Assembly (NCBI GenBank): GCA_963708245.1
Contig: OY970201.1
Location: 3,887,557-3,951,556 of the forward strand
Length of the DNA: 64,000 nucleotides
Direction of reading: 5' to 3'
From: an uncultured Pseudomonadota bacterium
Lineage (GTDB): Bacteria > Pseudomonadota > Alphaproteobacteria > Acetobacterales > Acetobacteraceae
The position numbers were made by a program, and so were the translations under genes. Shown piece after piece: positions 48,559 to 58,110 of the stretch. Each line of letters starts with the position of its first letter. The stretch's first letter is position 1. The notes beneath the pieces are model-generated. The model did not search any database. It saw only the letters and a list, made by a program, of their open reading frames with translations, and was not told the origin of the DNA.

Positions 48559-49167
48559 AACTCCTGATGGAAGGTCTCCAGCGGCTTCGTGATAGCTGGC
48601 GCTCCTCCACCGAACTCTCCCGCTGGACCGAGCGGGCGTTTGACGCAGTCGGCTTCACCCAGCAATTCGTAGACACATGCGTTGCCGCCGCTACAAACCA
48701 AACCGCTCCTAGAAAGTCGACCGTCATTAAGGATTCCGTATGGGGAATGATAGAATTGGATGTGTCTTCAGTTCGGCTGCTAGATTCGCCGGTTCTTCAG
48801 CGTCTGCGCGGCGTTCGCCAGCTCGGTCTGTCGAGCATAACTTACCCGTCTGCCGAGCATAGCCGTTTCATTCACAGCCTCGGCATGTACTGCGTTGTTT
48901 CCAGATTCCTCGACGAAATCTCCCGACGAGCCGAGATGGATCCGGAAGAGGCCGGCGACTATGACTCAGGTATTCTGACTTTCGTAAAGCCTACCCAACT
49001 CAACAAGAGCCTATCGCGCGATCTACTCCATGCCTCGCTCCTGCACGACGTTGGGCATATGCCGTTCTCGCATGTGACAGAAAGGGTCCTGGATACAAAT
49101 GGAACACAGTTTCGCTGTGGAGGTGTTCTCGTAAGGGACTTGGTTGGCGAGATACACCGAAGGCTTA

Positions 49168-50132
49168 GTGTCCGTCCGGGAACAAATTGAGTCTTTAGAA
49201 TCGCTTAGCGGGTCACCCTTGAAGCCATTGAATCGCCTGTGATTTTCTCTCCCCCGAGCATCGATTCGGAGGACTGGATGTGGACCAAGGAGAACCGGAC
49301 GCGGTACGACCGCACCCGACTGCGCTATGAGAGCGATCTGACTGATGCCGAATGGGCCAGGTGGAACCATTGATCCCCCCGGCCAAGCCGGGCGGCAACA
49401 AGCGGAGCGTTGATATCCGCCAGGTGGTGAACGGCGTGATGTATGTGCTGAGCACCGGCTGCCAATGGCGGGCGATCCCCAAGGACCTGCCGCCGCGGAG
49501 CACAGTGCACGACTATCTGGAACGATGGACCTGGGACGGCACGCTGGAGCGACTGCATCACGCATTGTATGTGAAATGTCGTGAGCAGGCCTCGCGAGAG
49601 GCCAGCCCGACCGCCGCGGTGATTGATGCGCAGAGCGTGAAGAGCGCCGAAAAAGGGGGGCCTCGATCGATCCGCATGGGTATGATGCGGGGAAGAAGAT
49701 CAAGGGCAAGAAGCGGCACGTCCTGGTCGATACCCAGGGTTTGCTGCTACAGGCCATCGTGACGGCGGCGGACATCCAGGATCGCGATGGCGGCGCCATG
49801 CTGCTGGCGACGCTGTTCGGGATGTTTCCGTTCCTGCTGAAGCTTTATGCCGATGGCGGCTATCAGGGGCGGCGATTCCAGGAGGCGTTGAAGCGTGTCG
49901 TGTCGCAGGCCGAGGTGGAGATCGTCAAACGATCTGACCAGGCCAAGGGCTTTGTCGTGCTACCAAAGCGATGGGTGGTCGAACGCACGCTGGCGTGGCT
50001 CAACCGATGTCGTCGACTGGGTAAGGATTGGGAAAATCTCAATGTGAAGGCGCGTGCCTTTCTGTTGCTCGCTTCCATCCGTCTCATGGTCAGACGGCTA
50101 TGCAGGAACTAGCAATGTTCCCGGACAGACTC
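49168..50132 (+). mobile_element. IS5-family insertion sequence (IS1031/IS427-like), 965 bp
   Basis: Imperfect terminal inverted repeats GTGTCCGTCCGGGAACA (49168..) and TGTTCCCGGACAGACTC (..50132), flanked by a 3-bp duplication TTA (49165-49167 and 50133-50135). Confidence 0.8.
49278..50112 (+). CDS. IS5-family DDE transposase read in three frames (two -1 shifts)
   Basis: MWTKENRTRYDRTRLRYESDLTDAEWA / VEPLIPPAKPGGNKRSVDIRQVVNGVMYVLSTGCQWRAIPKDLPPRSTVHDY...SVKSAEK / SIDPHGYDAGKKIKGKKRHVLVDTQGLLL...ADGGYQG...VLPKRWVVERTLAWLNRCRRL. The second shift lies on GAAAAAGGGGGG (a slippery-looking run); the first does not lie on any such run. Confidence 0.75.
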
Positions 50133-51011
50133 TTAGGAAAGCCATCAGCTTCTCCGAATGTCTCTCTCTTATGATCGTCTTGTCGGATCGGTTCGAGAGG
50201 TTCTATAGCAGTTATGTATCGCCTGGTGACGCGAACGCAATTCTTCGGATCTCGTCGCTGATTGCAGGTCTGCCGCCAGATCCAGTGATGAGTGGCGTCG
50301 CTGACCTCATTTCTGCGACCGCGGTGGATGCGGACAAGGTCGATTATATCAACCGAGATTCCGTTGCGTGCGGAATTCCTGTTGGAATTGATGTCTCTCG
50401 CATCTTTCTTCGCAGCGGCTTTGTCCAGGTATCCAGGGAAAGACTACGGGATCTGAAAATTAAGAGCTCAGGCTCAGATCACGAGGTCCTCTTCGTTGTC
50501 AATGCCAGCGGTATGGATACCATTGATGAGCTGGCACAAGCGCGAGCGTCGTTGTACCAGAGGGTGTATCTACATGGCGTGACACGAACTGCGGAACGGC
50601 TACTCGGCCAATCTTTAGAGGCTAATGTCCATGCCGGCTCTGGCCGCGATGCCAGCCTCCTCGATGCCCTGGACCTGTGGGCCATGAGCGACACCAACTT
50701 GCTTGAGCGACTGCGTGCTTCCAAGGAGCTTCGGGTTAGGGTACCGGCGGAGGCGATTTTTTTGAGGCAGCTACCAAAGAAAGCAGCAGTCATTACTACT
50801 CAAGCAGTGGAGACCCATTTCCCTATGAGGGAGATATTCCGTGGCATGGAGGGTAGCGCGATCGACGAAATCACTAAGCAGATTACCGGTGTCGAGCTGG
50901 AGGCACTAACCGAGCGGAATCTGAAAGGCGCTCGAACTCCAGGAACTAGAGCAGGAAATTCGAGTAGAGATTGCTAAGGTCGCTGAGGCAGTCGGAAGGA
51001 TAAGCCCCCAC

Positions 51012-52409
51012 TTGGTCCCGGCCACCGGCCTGGAGATAGTTGTTGTCGTTGGTATGGCTTATCTCGAAACCCCAAAGAAGGACTGCATCATCCTGGAGAA
51101 CGGCGATCTTGTCCACTCTTCAGATGAGACAGCGGTAGATGAGCAAGTAGACGCCAGTGACATTTTTAAGTCAGCAGCCTACGTGATGGTGGACCCATCC
51201 TGGCGGCCCTTCGGAGCGATTGCCACTCGAGCGGTAATCTACAACCATGTTCGTGGTCCAGAACCGGTAGAGCTTTCGCTTCCGACCTTGCCCAGCACGG
51301 CACGGGATCAGATTCCGATTCGGCTGCTAGGACGGCCTATCCTAAGCGCTCGCCAGACGCTACGAAAGTCAGGCATAAACAGGAGGTCCATGCAGGCGGT
51401 CACAGCCGCAGTCGAGGAGGCGGGCTACTTCGACACACACCCGCTGCTGGTGGACTTAACGCCCGACCAAGCGCTGGACTGTGAAGCCGTAGCAACCATC
51501 CTGATGGATTTCGATGGACAAGGTTCGTGGCGCGTCAGCAAGACATCGGTTGCCGCATTCGTCGGCCAGTTTCCACCCGGGCTGAGGAGTGAGATGCTTG
51601 GACATCTCAAGAAGATCCAATTCCTCGGTCGAAGCCACATTTCACGCACCATACTTAAGACATTTGATTTGCATTGGCCCAGTACGGCGATTGACGTCGT
51701 CGCGCTTTCGCCCAGCAGCGGCCAAATGGTGCGGACTTGGCTAAAGCAGGAACTCGGCTCGACTGAGCGAGCAAGCCGCTGCGTTATCTGCAATGATCTG
51801 AGAGAATGCCTCAAAGCAGATAACCATAGCCGACCCCTGGTATTTGTCGATGACAACATAAATTCAGCGATCCAGGCACGGGCACAGTTTTTTGCTTGGG
51901 CAGGAATTGTACGCCATCAAAGGCCGCTAATCCTTCAGGGAGAAGACGGCATCTCTGACGTTAAACTCCCTAGCGAAGAGCTAGAATCGCTTAGAGCTCG
52001 CGAAATCTGGATAGTTACGTGCGCTGGATCCGTTCGGGCCGGTGAGGCACTTAGAGAGGCGCTGAACGACATCCTCTTCACAAGCTTCGGCGGCGTCCGA
52101 TATGATACCGAGATTGAGGGAGCGGACGGATTCTCTTCCGACCTGAAGAGCTTCCTCTGCACCGTCGGACGAGAGCTGATCGCTAGTACCAATCATGGTA
52201 CGAGTTTCAGCGACCTACCCAACGAAAAGCAGGAGGAGTGTGCTGGGAAAGAATTTGGCTATGGCAATGTTGGAAGTCTACTAGCTACAGCAATCAATGT
52301 GCCCACCTCAACCGTAACAGCAATTTGGAGCCCAGGAATCTTCGCCGCGCGAGGCTGGATGCCGCTTATGATCCGGCGGAACAAGCTGCGGCACTTGGTG
52401 GTCAGCTGA
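51012..52409 (+). CDS. uncharacterised protein with a PRTase-like loop (possibly the C-terminal continuation of the HD protein)
   Basis: 465-aa ORF (TTG start in the track). RPLVFVDDNINSAIQARAQF is reminiscent of a PRPP-binding loop. The frame is already open from 50925 and reads on sensibly from the HD ORF if one base is skipped. Confidence 0.45.
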   Translation: MVPATGLEIVVVVGMAYLETPKKDCIILENGDLVHSSDETAVDEQVDASDIFKSAAYVMVDPSWRPFGAIATRAVIYNHVRGPEPVELSLPTLPSTARDQIPIRLLGRPILSARQTLRKSGINRRSMQAVTAAVEEAGYFDTHPLLVDLTPDQALDCEAVATILMDFDGQGSWRVSKTSVAAFVGQFPPGLRSEMLGHLKKIQFLGRSHISRTILKTFDLHWPSTAIDVVALSPSSGQMVRTWLKQELGSTERASRCVICNDLRECLKADNHSRPLVFVDDNINSAIQARAQFFAWAGIVRHQRPLILQGEDGISDVKLPSEELESLRAREIWIVTCAGSVRAGEALREALNDILFTSFGGVRYDTEIEGADGFSSDLKSFLCTVGRELIASTNHGTSFSDLPNEKQEECAGKEFGYGNVGSLLATAINVPTSTVTAIWSPGIFAARGWMPLMIRRNKLRHLVVS

Positions 52410-52532
52410 GGCCCGCGCGGCCTACCCGACCACCGATCAAGTCCGCGCCGCAGGTGCTAGACGGATTGGCGGAGGGAACAGCTCTTGGCGTACTCGCGAA
52501 GCCCTTCCCTCTCGCCAAGCCCGCTCGGGCAT

Positions 52533-53807
52533 TTACGTATTCATCGCGTCGAAGAAGTCGTTATTGGTCTTGCTGTATTTCAGCTTGTCCAGCAGGAACT
52601 CCATCGCATCCACCGTCCCCATCGGGTTCAGGATGCGGCGCAGCACCCACATCTTCGACAGCGTCCCCTTCTCGACCAGCAGCTCTTCCTTGCGCGTCCC
52701 CGACTTCGTGATGTCGATTGCCGGGAAGGTACGCTTGTCGGACAGCTTGCGGTCCAGAATGATTTCCGAGTTACCGGTGCCCTTGAACTCCTCGAAGATG
52801 ACCTCGTCCATCCGGCTGCCGGTATCGATCAGCGCGGTGGCGATAATGGTCAGCGACCCGCCTTCCTCGATGTTGCGGGCGGCGCCAAAGAAGCGCTTCG
52901 GCCGCTGCAGCGCGTTGGCATCGACACCGCCGGTCAGCACCTTCCCGGACGACGGCACCACGGTGTTATAGGCCCGCGCCAGCCGTGTGATGCTGTCGAG
53001 CAGGATCACCACGTCGCGTTTGTGCTCGACCAAGCGCTTGGCTTTCTCCAGCACCATCTCGGTGACCTGCACATGGCGGGTGGCCGGCTCGTCGAAGGTG
53101 GAGCTGATTACCTCGCCCTTCACCGTGCGCGCCATGTCGGTGACTTCTTCCGGGCGCTCGTCGATCAGCAGCACGATCAGGAACACTTCCGGATGATTGG
53201 CAGAGATCGCGGTGGCGATGTTCTGCAGCATGACCGTCTTGCCGGTGCGTGGCGGCGAGACGATCAACGCGCGCTGGCCCTTGCCGATCGGGGTGATCAG
53301 GTCGATCACCCGTGGTGTAAAGTCTTTGCCCGGCCCCTTGGCCACCGACTGAAAGTTTTCGACCTCCATCTTCAGCCGCTCGTCGGGATAGAGCGGGGTC
53401 AGGTTGTCGAAGTTGATGCGATGGCGGACCGCCTCGGGCGGCTCGAAATTGATCGTGTTGACCTTGAGCAGCGCGAAATACCGCTCCCCATCCTTGGGGG
53501 CGCGGATCTGGCCTTCGATCGAGTCGCCGGTACGCAGGCCGAAGCGGCGCACCTGGTTCGGGCTTACGTAGATGTCGTCGGGACCGGGAAGATAGTTGGC
53601 CTCGGGGCTGCGCAGGAACCCGAACCCGTCGGGCAGGATTTCCAGCGTGCCTTCGCCGCTGATCGCCTGGTCGTTCTCGGCCAGGTTCTTCAGGATCGCG
53701 AACATCATGTCCTGCTTGCGCAGCGACGATGCGTTCTCGATCTGCAGCAATTCGGCATAGCTCAGCAGGTCGGCGGGGGACTTTGCCTTGAGTTCGGCGA
53801 GATGCAT
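52533..53807 (-). CDS. rho: transcription termination factor Rho
   Basis: 424 aa. [20 protein letters not shown], Walker [36 protein letters not shown]. Confidence 0.95.
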   Translation of the reverse strand: MHLAELKAKSPADLLSYAELLQIENASSLRKQDMMFAILKNLAENDQAISGEGTLEILPDGFGFLRSPEANYLPGPDDIYVSPNQVRRFGLRTGDSIEGQIRAPKDGERYFALLKVNTINFEPPEAVRHRINFDNLTPLYPDERLKMEVENFQSVAKGPGKDFTPRVIDLITPIGKGQRALIVSPPRTGKTVMLQNIATAISANHPEVFLIVLLIDERPEEVTDMARTVKGEVISSTFDEPATRHVQVTEMVLEKAKRLVEHKRDVVILLDSITRLARAYNTVVPSSGKVLTGGVDANALQRPKRFFGAARNIEEGGSLTIIATALIDTGSRMDEVIFEEFKGTGNSEIILDRKLSDKRTFPAIDITKSGTRKEELLVEKGTLSKMWVLRRILNPMGTVDAMEFLLDKLKYSKTNNDFFDAMNT

Positions 53808-54074
53808 GTGGGACGCCTCGGCGTTCTTCGTTGGAGCGACGGAGTAGGGACAAGCTGAACCCGGGGTGGCGGACCCGCTAATCGGATATACGCCAAGGAC
53901 CGCCAGGGCGGTCTGTTCCGTCTGATGGTGGATAGGGGCGGCAGCGGTTCATCGCTGCCGGAGGAGAGGTCAGCAGACTAGGCGAACCGCCGGACTCCGT
54001 CAACCCGTGAGGTGGCTCGCGGCAGCCCGGAATCAAGGGTGTAGGCCAGAACAAGCGTCCGAAAAGTGATCAAT
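53808..54074 (-). promoter_or_regulatory. long rho leader/promoter region
   Basis: 267 nt between hemJ and the rho ATG. The + strand is visibly G-rich, so the rho-sense transcript would be C-rich. This is compatible with the autoregulatory leaders known for rho. No specific site was identified. Confidence 0.3.
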
Positions 54075-54527
54075 TCAGAACGGTCGGACAATCACCATGA
54101 TGACGATCAGGGCCAAGAGCACGGTCGGGACCTCGTTGGCAACCCGGTAGAACCGCGCCGGACGGCGGTTGCGGTCGTACAGGAAGTCCTTCCGCCACCG
54201 AGCGTATCCCCCATGCAATCCCGACATGGCTAGGACTGAGGCCAGCTTCACGTGCCACCAGCCAGCCGCCCAGTCGAGCGCCCCAGGGGTCAGCACCAGC
54301 AGGACTCCGAAGACCCAGGTGGCGATCATCGCCGGGGTGGTGATTTGCTCTAGCAGCCGGCGCTCCATGACCTTGAACCGCTCACTTTCCGCCGAGCCCG
54401 GCTAAGTCTCGCAATGGTATACATAGAGCCGGGGCAGGTAGAACATACCGGCCATCCAGGCGACCATGGCGATGACGTGAAACGCCTTGGTCCACGGATA
54501 GAACAGCGCCAGTAGGTTGATCGTCAT
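54075..54527 (-). CDS. hemJ: protoporphyrinogen IX oxidase HemJ, interrupted by one in-frame TAG
   Basis: MTINLLALFYPWTKAFHVIAMVAWMAGMFYLPRLYVYHCET*PGSAESERFKVMERRLLEQITTPAMIATW...NEVPTVLLALIVIMVIVRPF. The stop at 54402-54404 is in the same frame as both halves. Confidence 0.75.
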
Positions 54528-55207
54528 GCCGGCCGCCCTAGTGCCGCACGGAAGAACCCTGGCACCTCGTACAGGCTGTGGATGAGGGTGGCGCCCGCAG
54601 CCGCCAGCGTAGCTCCATCGCCGTGTCGGGCAAGGCCGAGACAGGCCATCCCAGCGGCCACGGCGCCAATGACGCCAGGGACTGAGTCCTCGATCACCAG
54701 GCACTCACCCGGCAGCACCCCTTCCGCCGCCGCAGCCGCCAGGAACAGGTCCGGCGCCGGCTTGCCGCGCGCCACGTCGGTGAAGCTGTGCAGCCGCCCT
54801 ACGACTGCCTCGAGCAGTCCGCTGCGGCCGAACTTCGCCAGCATCTCCTCATGCGAGGAATTGGAGGCGACGCGCCACGGTAGCCCGAGCGCCGTTACGG
54901 CTTCCAGCGCCTCACGCGCGCCGGGGACCATCGGGGCGTCGGCCTGCAGCGCGGCGACGATCCACGCCTGCATGACTGACTGCCAGGCCACCGGGAGTGC
55001 CCGACCCAGCGCTGCCTCTATGAGCGGTACCATGGCCTTCAAATCGAAGCCGAGGAACCGAGTGCAACTCTCCTCGGGCGTCATCGGCCAGCCGAGATGG
55101 GTCAGTTCCTCGGCGACCACTCGGTTCACGACCGGCTCGCTATCGATCAGCACCCCGTCACAGTCGAAGATGACCAGACGCAGCGGGATCGCACCCCTAT
55201 CCGCCAT
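54524..55207 (-). CDS. HAD-superfamily hydrolase (subfamily IA)
   Basis: Start MADRGAIPLRLVIFDCDGVLIDSE (DxDG motif). SNSS, GKPAPD, EDSVPG. Its TGA overlaps the hemJ ATG. Confidence 0.75.
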   Translation of the reverse strand: MADRGAIPLRLVIFDCDGVLIDSEPVVNRVVAEELTHLGWPMTPEESCTRFLGFDLKAMVPLIEAALGRALPVAWQSVMQAWIVAALQADAPMVPGAREALEAVTALGLPWRVASNSSHEEMLAKFGRSGLLEAVVGRLHSFTDVARGKPAPDLFLAAAAAEGVLPGECLVIEDSVPGVIGAVAAGMACLGLARHGDGATLAAAGATLIHSLYEVPGFFRAALGRPA

Positions 55208-56255
55208 GGACGAGCGGACAGCCGGCGAACCTGACGGGACAGATCCGCGCACCTGCATGGCTCAGCAGGCCAGGACCGGCCGCTCGACTCGCCCGCACTA
55301 GACCAGCCAACGCACCGATGAAACCCGCATCAGCATTCTGTGTCGGTACCCGCGCATAGAAGGGCACACCCAGCCGCTCTGCGAAAGTGCGGTAGTCAAT
55401 GTCGAGTTCAACCAGCGTCTCGGAATGCTCAGAGACGAAGGCGATCGGGACCACAACAAGCGCCGCGCCGTCGCGGGCGGCTCGCTCGATCTCCTGCTCT
55501 GTGCTCGGCTCCAGCCATTTCTGAGGCGTGGCGCGTGACTGATAGCAAATCGCCCAGTCGATCCCTTCATCACCCCAAGCGCGGAGCACCGCTTCAACTG
55601 TCCGCTCCACCTGCCACTGATAAGGATCGCCGGCCTGCACGATCGCCTCCGGCAAACCATGTGCGGAGAACAACACGCGCAGCGGATGATCCGGGACGCG
55701 CTCGCGCACCTCTGTCCAGACTGCTCGCACTGTAGCTGCGAGTGCTCCGACAAAGAGCGGCATATCCGGATAACAACAGATCGTCGTCACCGGCACTGCC
55801 AGCCCGACCCGGGCGGCACTCTCACGCCACACCGTCAGAGAGCTAGCGGTAGTGGTAGTGGAGAATTGCGGGTAGAGCGGCAGCAGCACAACCTCATCCG
55901 GTCTCCACGCCTTCACCTCACGCACCGTCTCCAAGCTGAATGGATGCCAGTAGCGCATGGCAATGAAGCAGCGTGCATCAAACTCGGGCAAAGCTGCTTC
56001 TAGGGCTTCAGCCTGCGCACGAGTTAGTTCCAGGAGCGGCGACCGGCCACCAAGCTTCGCATAACTTTCAGTCGCGGGAGTCAGCCGTGCGCGAACGAGC
56101 GTCCGTGCCAGAAAAGGGCGGATGAAAAACGGAACACGCAGAATTGCCGGGTCGGTGAACAGGTTCAGCAGGAACGGCCTGATCAACTCCGGCCGATCAG
56201 GACCTCCCAGATTGAACAGCACGATCGCGACACGCGGCTTCGCGTTATGCGGCAC
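55197..56255 (-). CDS. hemH: ferrochelatase
   Basis: 352 aa. VAIVLFNLGGPD, LPLYPQFSTTT, FSAHGLP, AFVSEHSETL. Confidence 0.9.
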   Translation of the reverse strand: MPHNAKPRVAIVLFNLGGPDRPELIRPFLLNLFTDPAILRVPFFIRPFLARTLVRARLTPATESYAKLGGRSPLLELTRAQAEALEAALPEFDARCFIAMRYWHPFSLETVREVKAWRPDEVVLLPLYPQFSTTTTASSLTVWRESAARVGLAVPVTTICCYPDMPLFVGALAATVRAVWTEVRERVPDHPLRVLFSAHGLPEAIVQAGDPYQWQVERTVEAVLRAWGDEGIDWAICYQSRATPQKWLEPSTEQEIERAARDGAALVVVPIAFVSEHSETLVELDIDYRTFAERLGVPFYARVPTQNADAGFIGALAGLVRASRAAGPGLLSHAGARICPVRFAGCPLVHGG

Positions 56256-57285
56256 GTATTAGCCTCACCAACTCGGCGACGTGCTCCGGCGGCGTTTGCG
56301 GCACGATACCGTGGCCAAGATTGAAGATGAACGGAGTGCCCCGCATGGCGGATAACAAGCTGTGGACCTCCTCCCCCAGCGCCGCGCCGCCGGCGACGAG
56401 TGCCATCGGATCGAGATTACCTTGCAGTGCGATCGGCGGCGGCACCGAGGCACGAACCAACGCGGGATCCATCGCGGTATCCATAGCAACTGCATCGACG
56501 CCCGTAGCTGCCGCATACTCACCGATCAGGTGACCAGCCAGGCGAGGGAAACCGATCACCGGAACGCTCGGGAAGCGATGTTTCAATCGCCGCACGATCG
56601 CCTGCGTCGGCCGCACGACGTGCCGGCGGAACTGTAAGGGCGAAAGCAGGCCTGCCCAGCTATCGAACAGCATGACAACTTCGGCACCAGCCTCGATCTG
56701 GGCCTCCAGATAGCTCGCTGTCGCGTCCGCGAGCTGGTCTATCAGTTGCGCGAAAAGGCCCGGATCGCGATAGGTCATCGTCCGCGTAGCGGCGAAATCC
56801 TTGGACCCGCCTCCCTCCACCATGTAGCAGGCGACGGTGAACGGCCCGCCGGCGAACCCGATCAGCGCGGTTTCCGGCCACTCGGCCGCAAGGCGTTCGG
56901 CGACACGCCGGACCGTTTCCAGGATCGGCGCGATCGCCGCTAGAAGACGGGTTCGATCGAGCGCCTCCACCGCCGCTCCTTCTCGCAGGGGGGGCAGAGT
57001 TGGCCCTTCTTTCTCCCTGAACGCGACCTGGTATCCGAGCGCCCAGGGCACCATGAGGATGTCGCTGAACAGAATCGCCCCATCGAGGCCAAAGCGACGC
57101 ACCGGCTGCAAGGTCACCTCGGCGGCTAGGGAAGGTGTCGTGCAGAGCGCGATAAAGTCAGACGTCTGCGCGCGGATGGAACGGTATTCCGGCAGGTAGC
57201 GCCCGGCTTGGCGCATCAGCCAGATCGGTGGCGGCCATACTGCTTCGCCGCGCAGTACGCGCAGCAGAGCCTTGTGGGTTTCCAT
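56245..57285 (-). CDS. hemE: uroporphyrinogen decarboxylase
   Basis: 346 aa. PIWLMRQAGRYLPEYR, FSDILMVP, FNLGHGI. Confidence 0.9.
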   Translation of the reverse strand: METHKALLRVLRGEAVWPPPIWLMRQAGRYLPEYRSIRAQTSDFIALCTTPSLAAEVTLQPVRRFGLDGAILFSDILMVPWALGYQVAFREKEGPTLPPLREGAAVEALDRTRLLAAIAPILETVRRVAERLAAEWPETALIGFAGGPFTVACYMVEGGGSKDFAATRTMTYRDPGLFAQLIDQLADATASYLEAQIEAGAEVVMLFDSWAGLLSPLQFRRHVVRPTQAIVRRLKHRFPSVPVIGFPRLAGHLIGEYAAATGVDAVAMDTAMDPALVRASVPPPIALQGNLDPMALVAGGAALGEEVHSLLSAMRGTPFIFNLGHGIVPQTPPEHVAELVRLIRAA

Positions 57286-57600
57286 AGGTCTCCGCTTAAC
57301 AGATCAAGGAATAAAGGAAAGATAGGGGGTAGGAGTTGATGGATCTGTGGATTCTGGGGTACCCGGCTGCGCCGGGACACTCCATCCTGTAGTCCACAGC
57401 AGGTATGCGAGACAAGTCGTTGGAGTTGGCTGATCCTTCAGGGTTGTCCGCACTAGCCGGTTGTGGTATCCCTATTCGTCCCCAGGATGTGCGCATCTTT
57501 GATATTGCCCTCCCTCTTCCAGCAGAGCTTTAGAGGGCTGCAACTGCTCGACGGATTATCCCCATGATCCCCGACGGATACGCATTATTGGCTGTCCTCA
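57286..57600. other. oriC: candidate chromosomal replication origin core (hemE-proximal)
   Basis: Locally AT-rich stretch TTAACAGATCAAGGAATAAAGGAAAGATA at 57296-57325. DnaA-box-like 9-mers: TGTGGATTC (57346-57354), TAGTCCACA (57390-57398), TTATCCCCA (57556-57564), TGATCCCCG (57565-57573). Position between hemE and the DUF299 gene. Confidence 0.35.
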
Positions 57601-58015
57601 TACAGGAAATCATGCACGATCGCGACGCCAGCTCATCGGTTGAGGTCAGCACACCCAAGTGCCCGTCCTTGGAGATGTGCAATCGTCCGTTAGGAATGAG
57701 ACGCGACATCAGCCATCCGTTTGCTGCCGGGACGATCAGGTCGTCCGTTCCGGAACGAACCAATGTCTCCGGTCGGAGACTCCACAACCAATCGAGGCGG
57801 TCCGGCGCGTGGGTCAGCAGCGTTGCGAGACCGCTCGGCCAGTAGGGAATGGTTGGTAGCGGTGACTCGCCGGTACCAGGTAGGTCGATGCGGATGGTTT
57901 CGATATCCTCCAGCGCCTGCGCAAAGGGTCGAGCAACTCGAGAGGGGCGCCCCGATTCATTGCTTTGGCGGAGTTCAGAGAAGGTCTGGATCGAATGAGA
58001 TGATTGACGCACCAT
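57530..58015 (-). pseudogene. alpha/beta-hydrolase remnant with an internal deletion (nucleophile elbow missing)
   Basis: 161-aa ORF. ...IRIDLPGTGES...(gap)...TLVRSGTDDLIVPAANGWLMSRLIPNGRLHISKDGHLGVL. No G-x-S-x-G region lies between the two blocks. Confidence 0.45.
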
Positions 58016-58110
58016 TCAGGGTTGCAGCCAGCAGTCCTGCTGCCTGTAGCAGTACCTGCTCGGCGTAGAAGCGCGCCGAAAGCTGCTTGGCACCACGGGA
58101 CCGGCCCACG
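57975..58110 (-). pseudogene. acyl-CoA dehydrogenase C-terminal fragment
   Basis: ...AKQLSARFYAEQVLLQAAGLLAATLNGASIISFDPDLL* resembles the last helix of long ACADs (A.FFAE.VLP...). Nothing upstream belongs to it. Confidence 0.35.

Larger units (their letters stand above)
48567..50977 (+). pseudogene. SAMHD1/dGTPase-like HD-domain phosphohydrolase, interrupted by an IS5-family element
   Basis: 5' part 48567-49167: VWGMIELD...VLQRLRGVRQLG, PSAEHSRFIHSLG, LLHDVGHMPFSH. 3' part from 50136: DADKVDYINRDSVACGIPVG, YQRVYLHGVTR. Removing 49168-50135 joins the two parts in frame (...EIHRRL|RKAISFSE...). Confidence 0.75.

Noticed and set aside
49340-49700. Both frame changes in the IS5-type transposase as programmed frameshifts
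   Set aside because: Only the second lies on a slippery-looking A5G6 run. The first (around 49350, ..GAATGGGCCAGGTGG..) has no slippery motif and is more simply a 1-nt deletion. I therefore do not claim a functional two-step recoding. Even the second could be a homopolymer error.
57296-57310. CtrA-type TTAA-N7-TTAA site next to hemE
   Set aside because: TTAACAGATCAAGGAA has only the first half-site; the second half reads AGGA. There is no evidence for CtrA control here.
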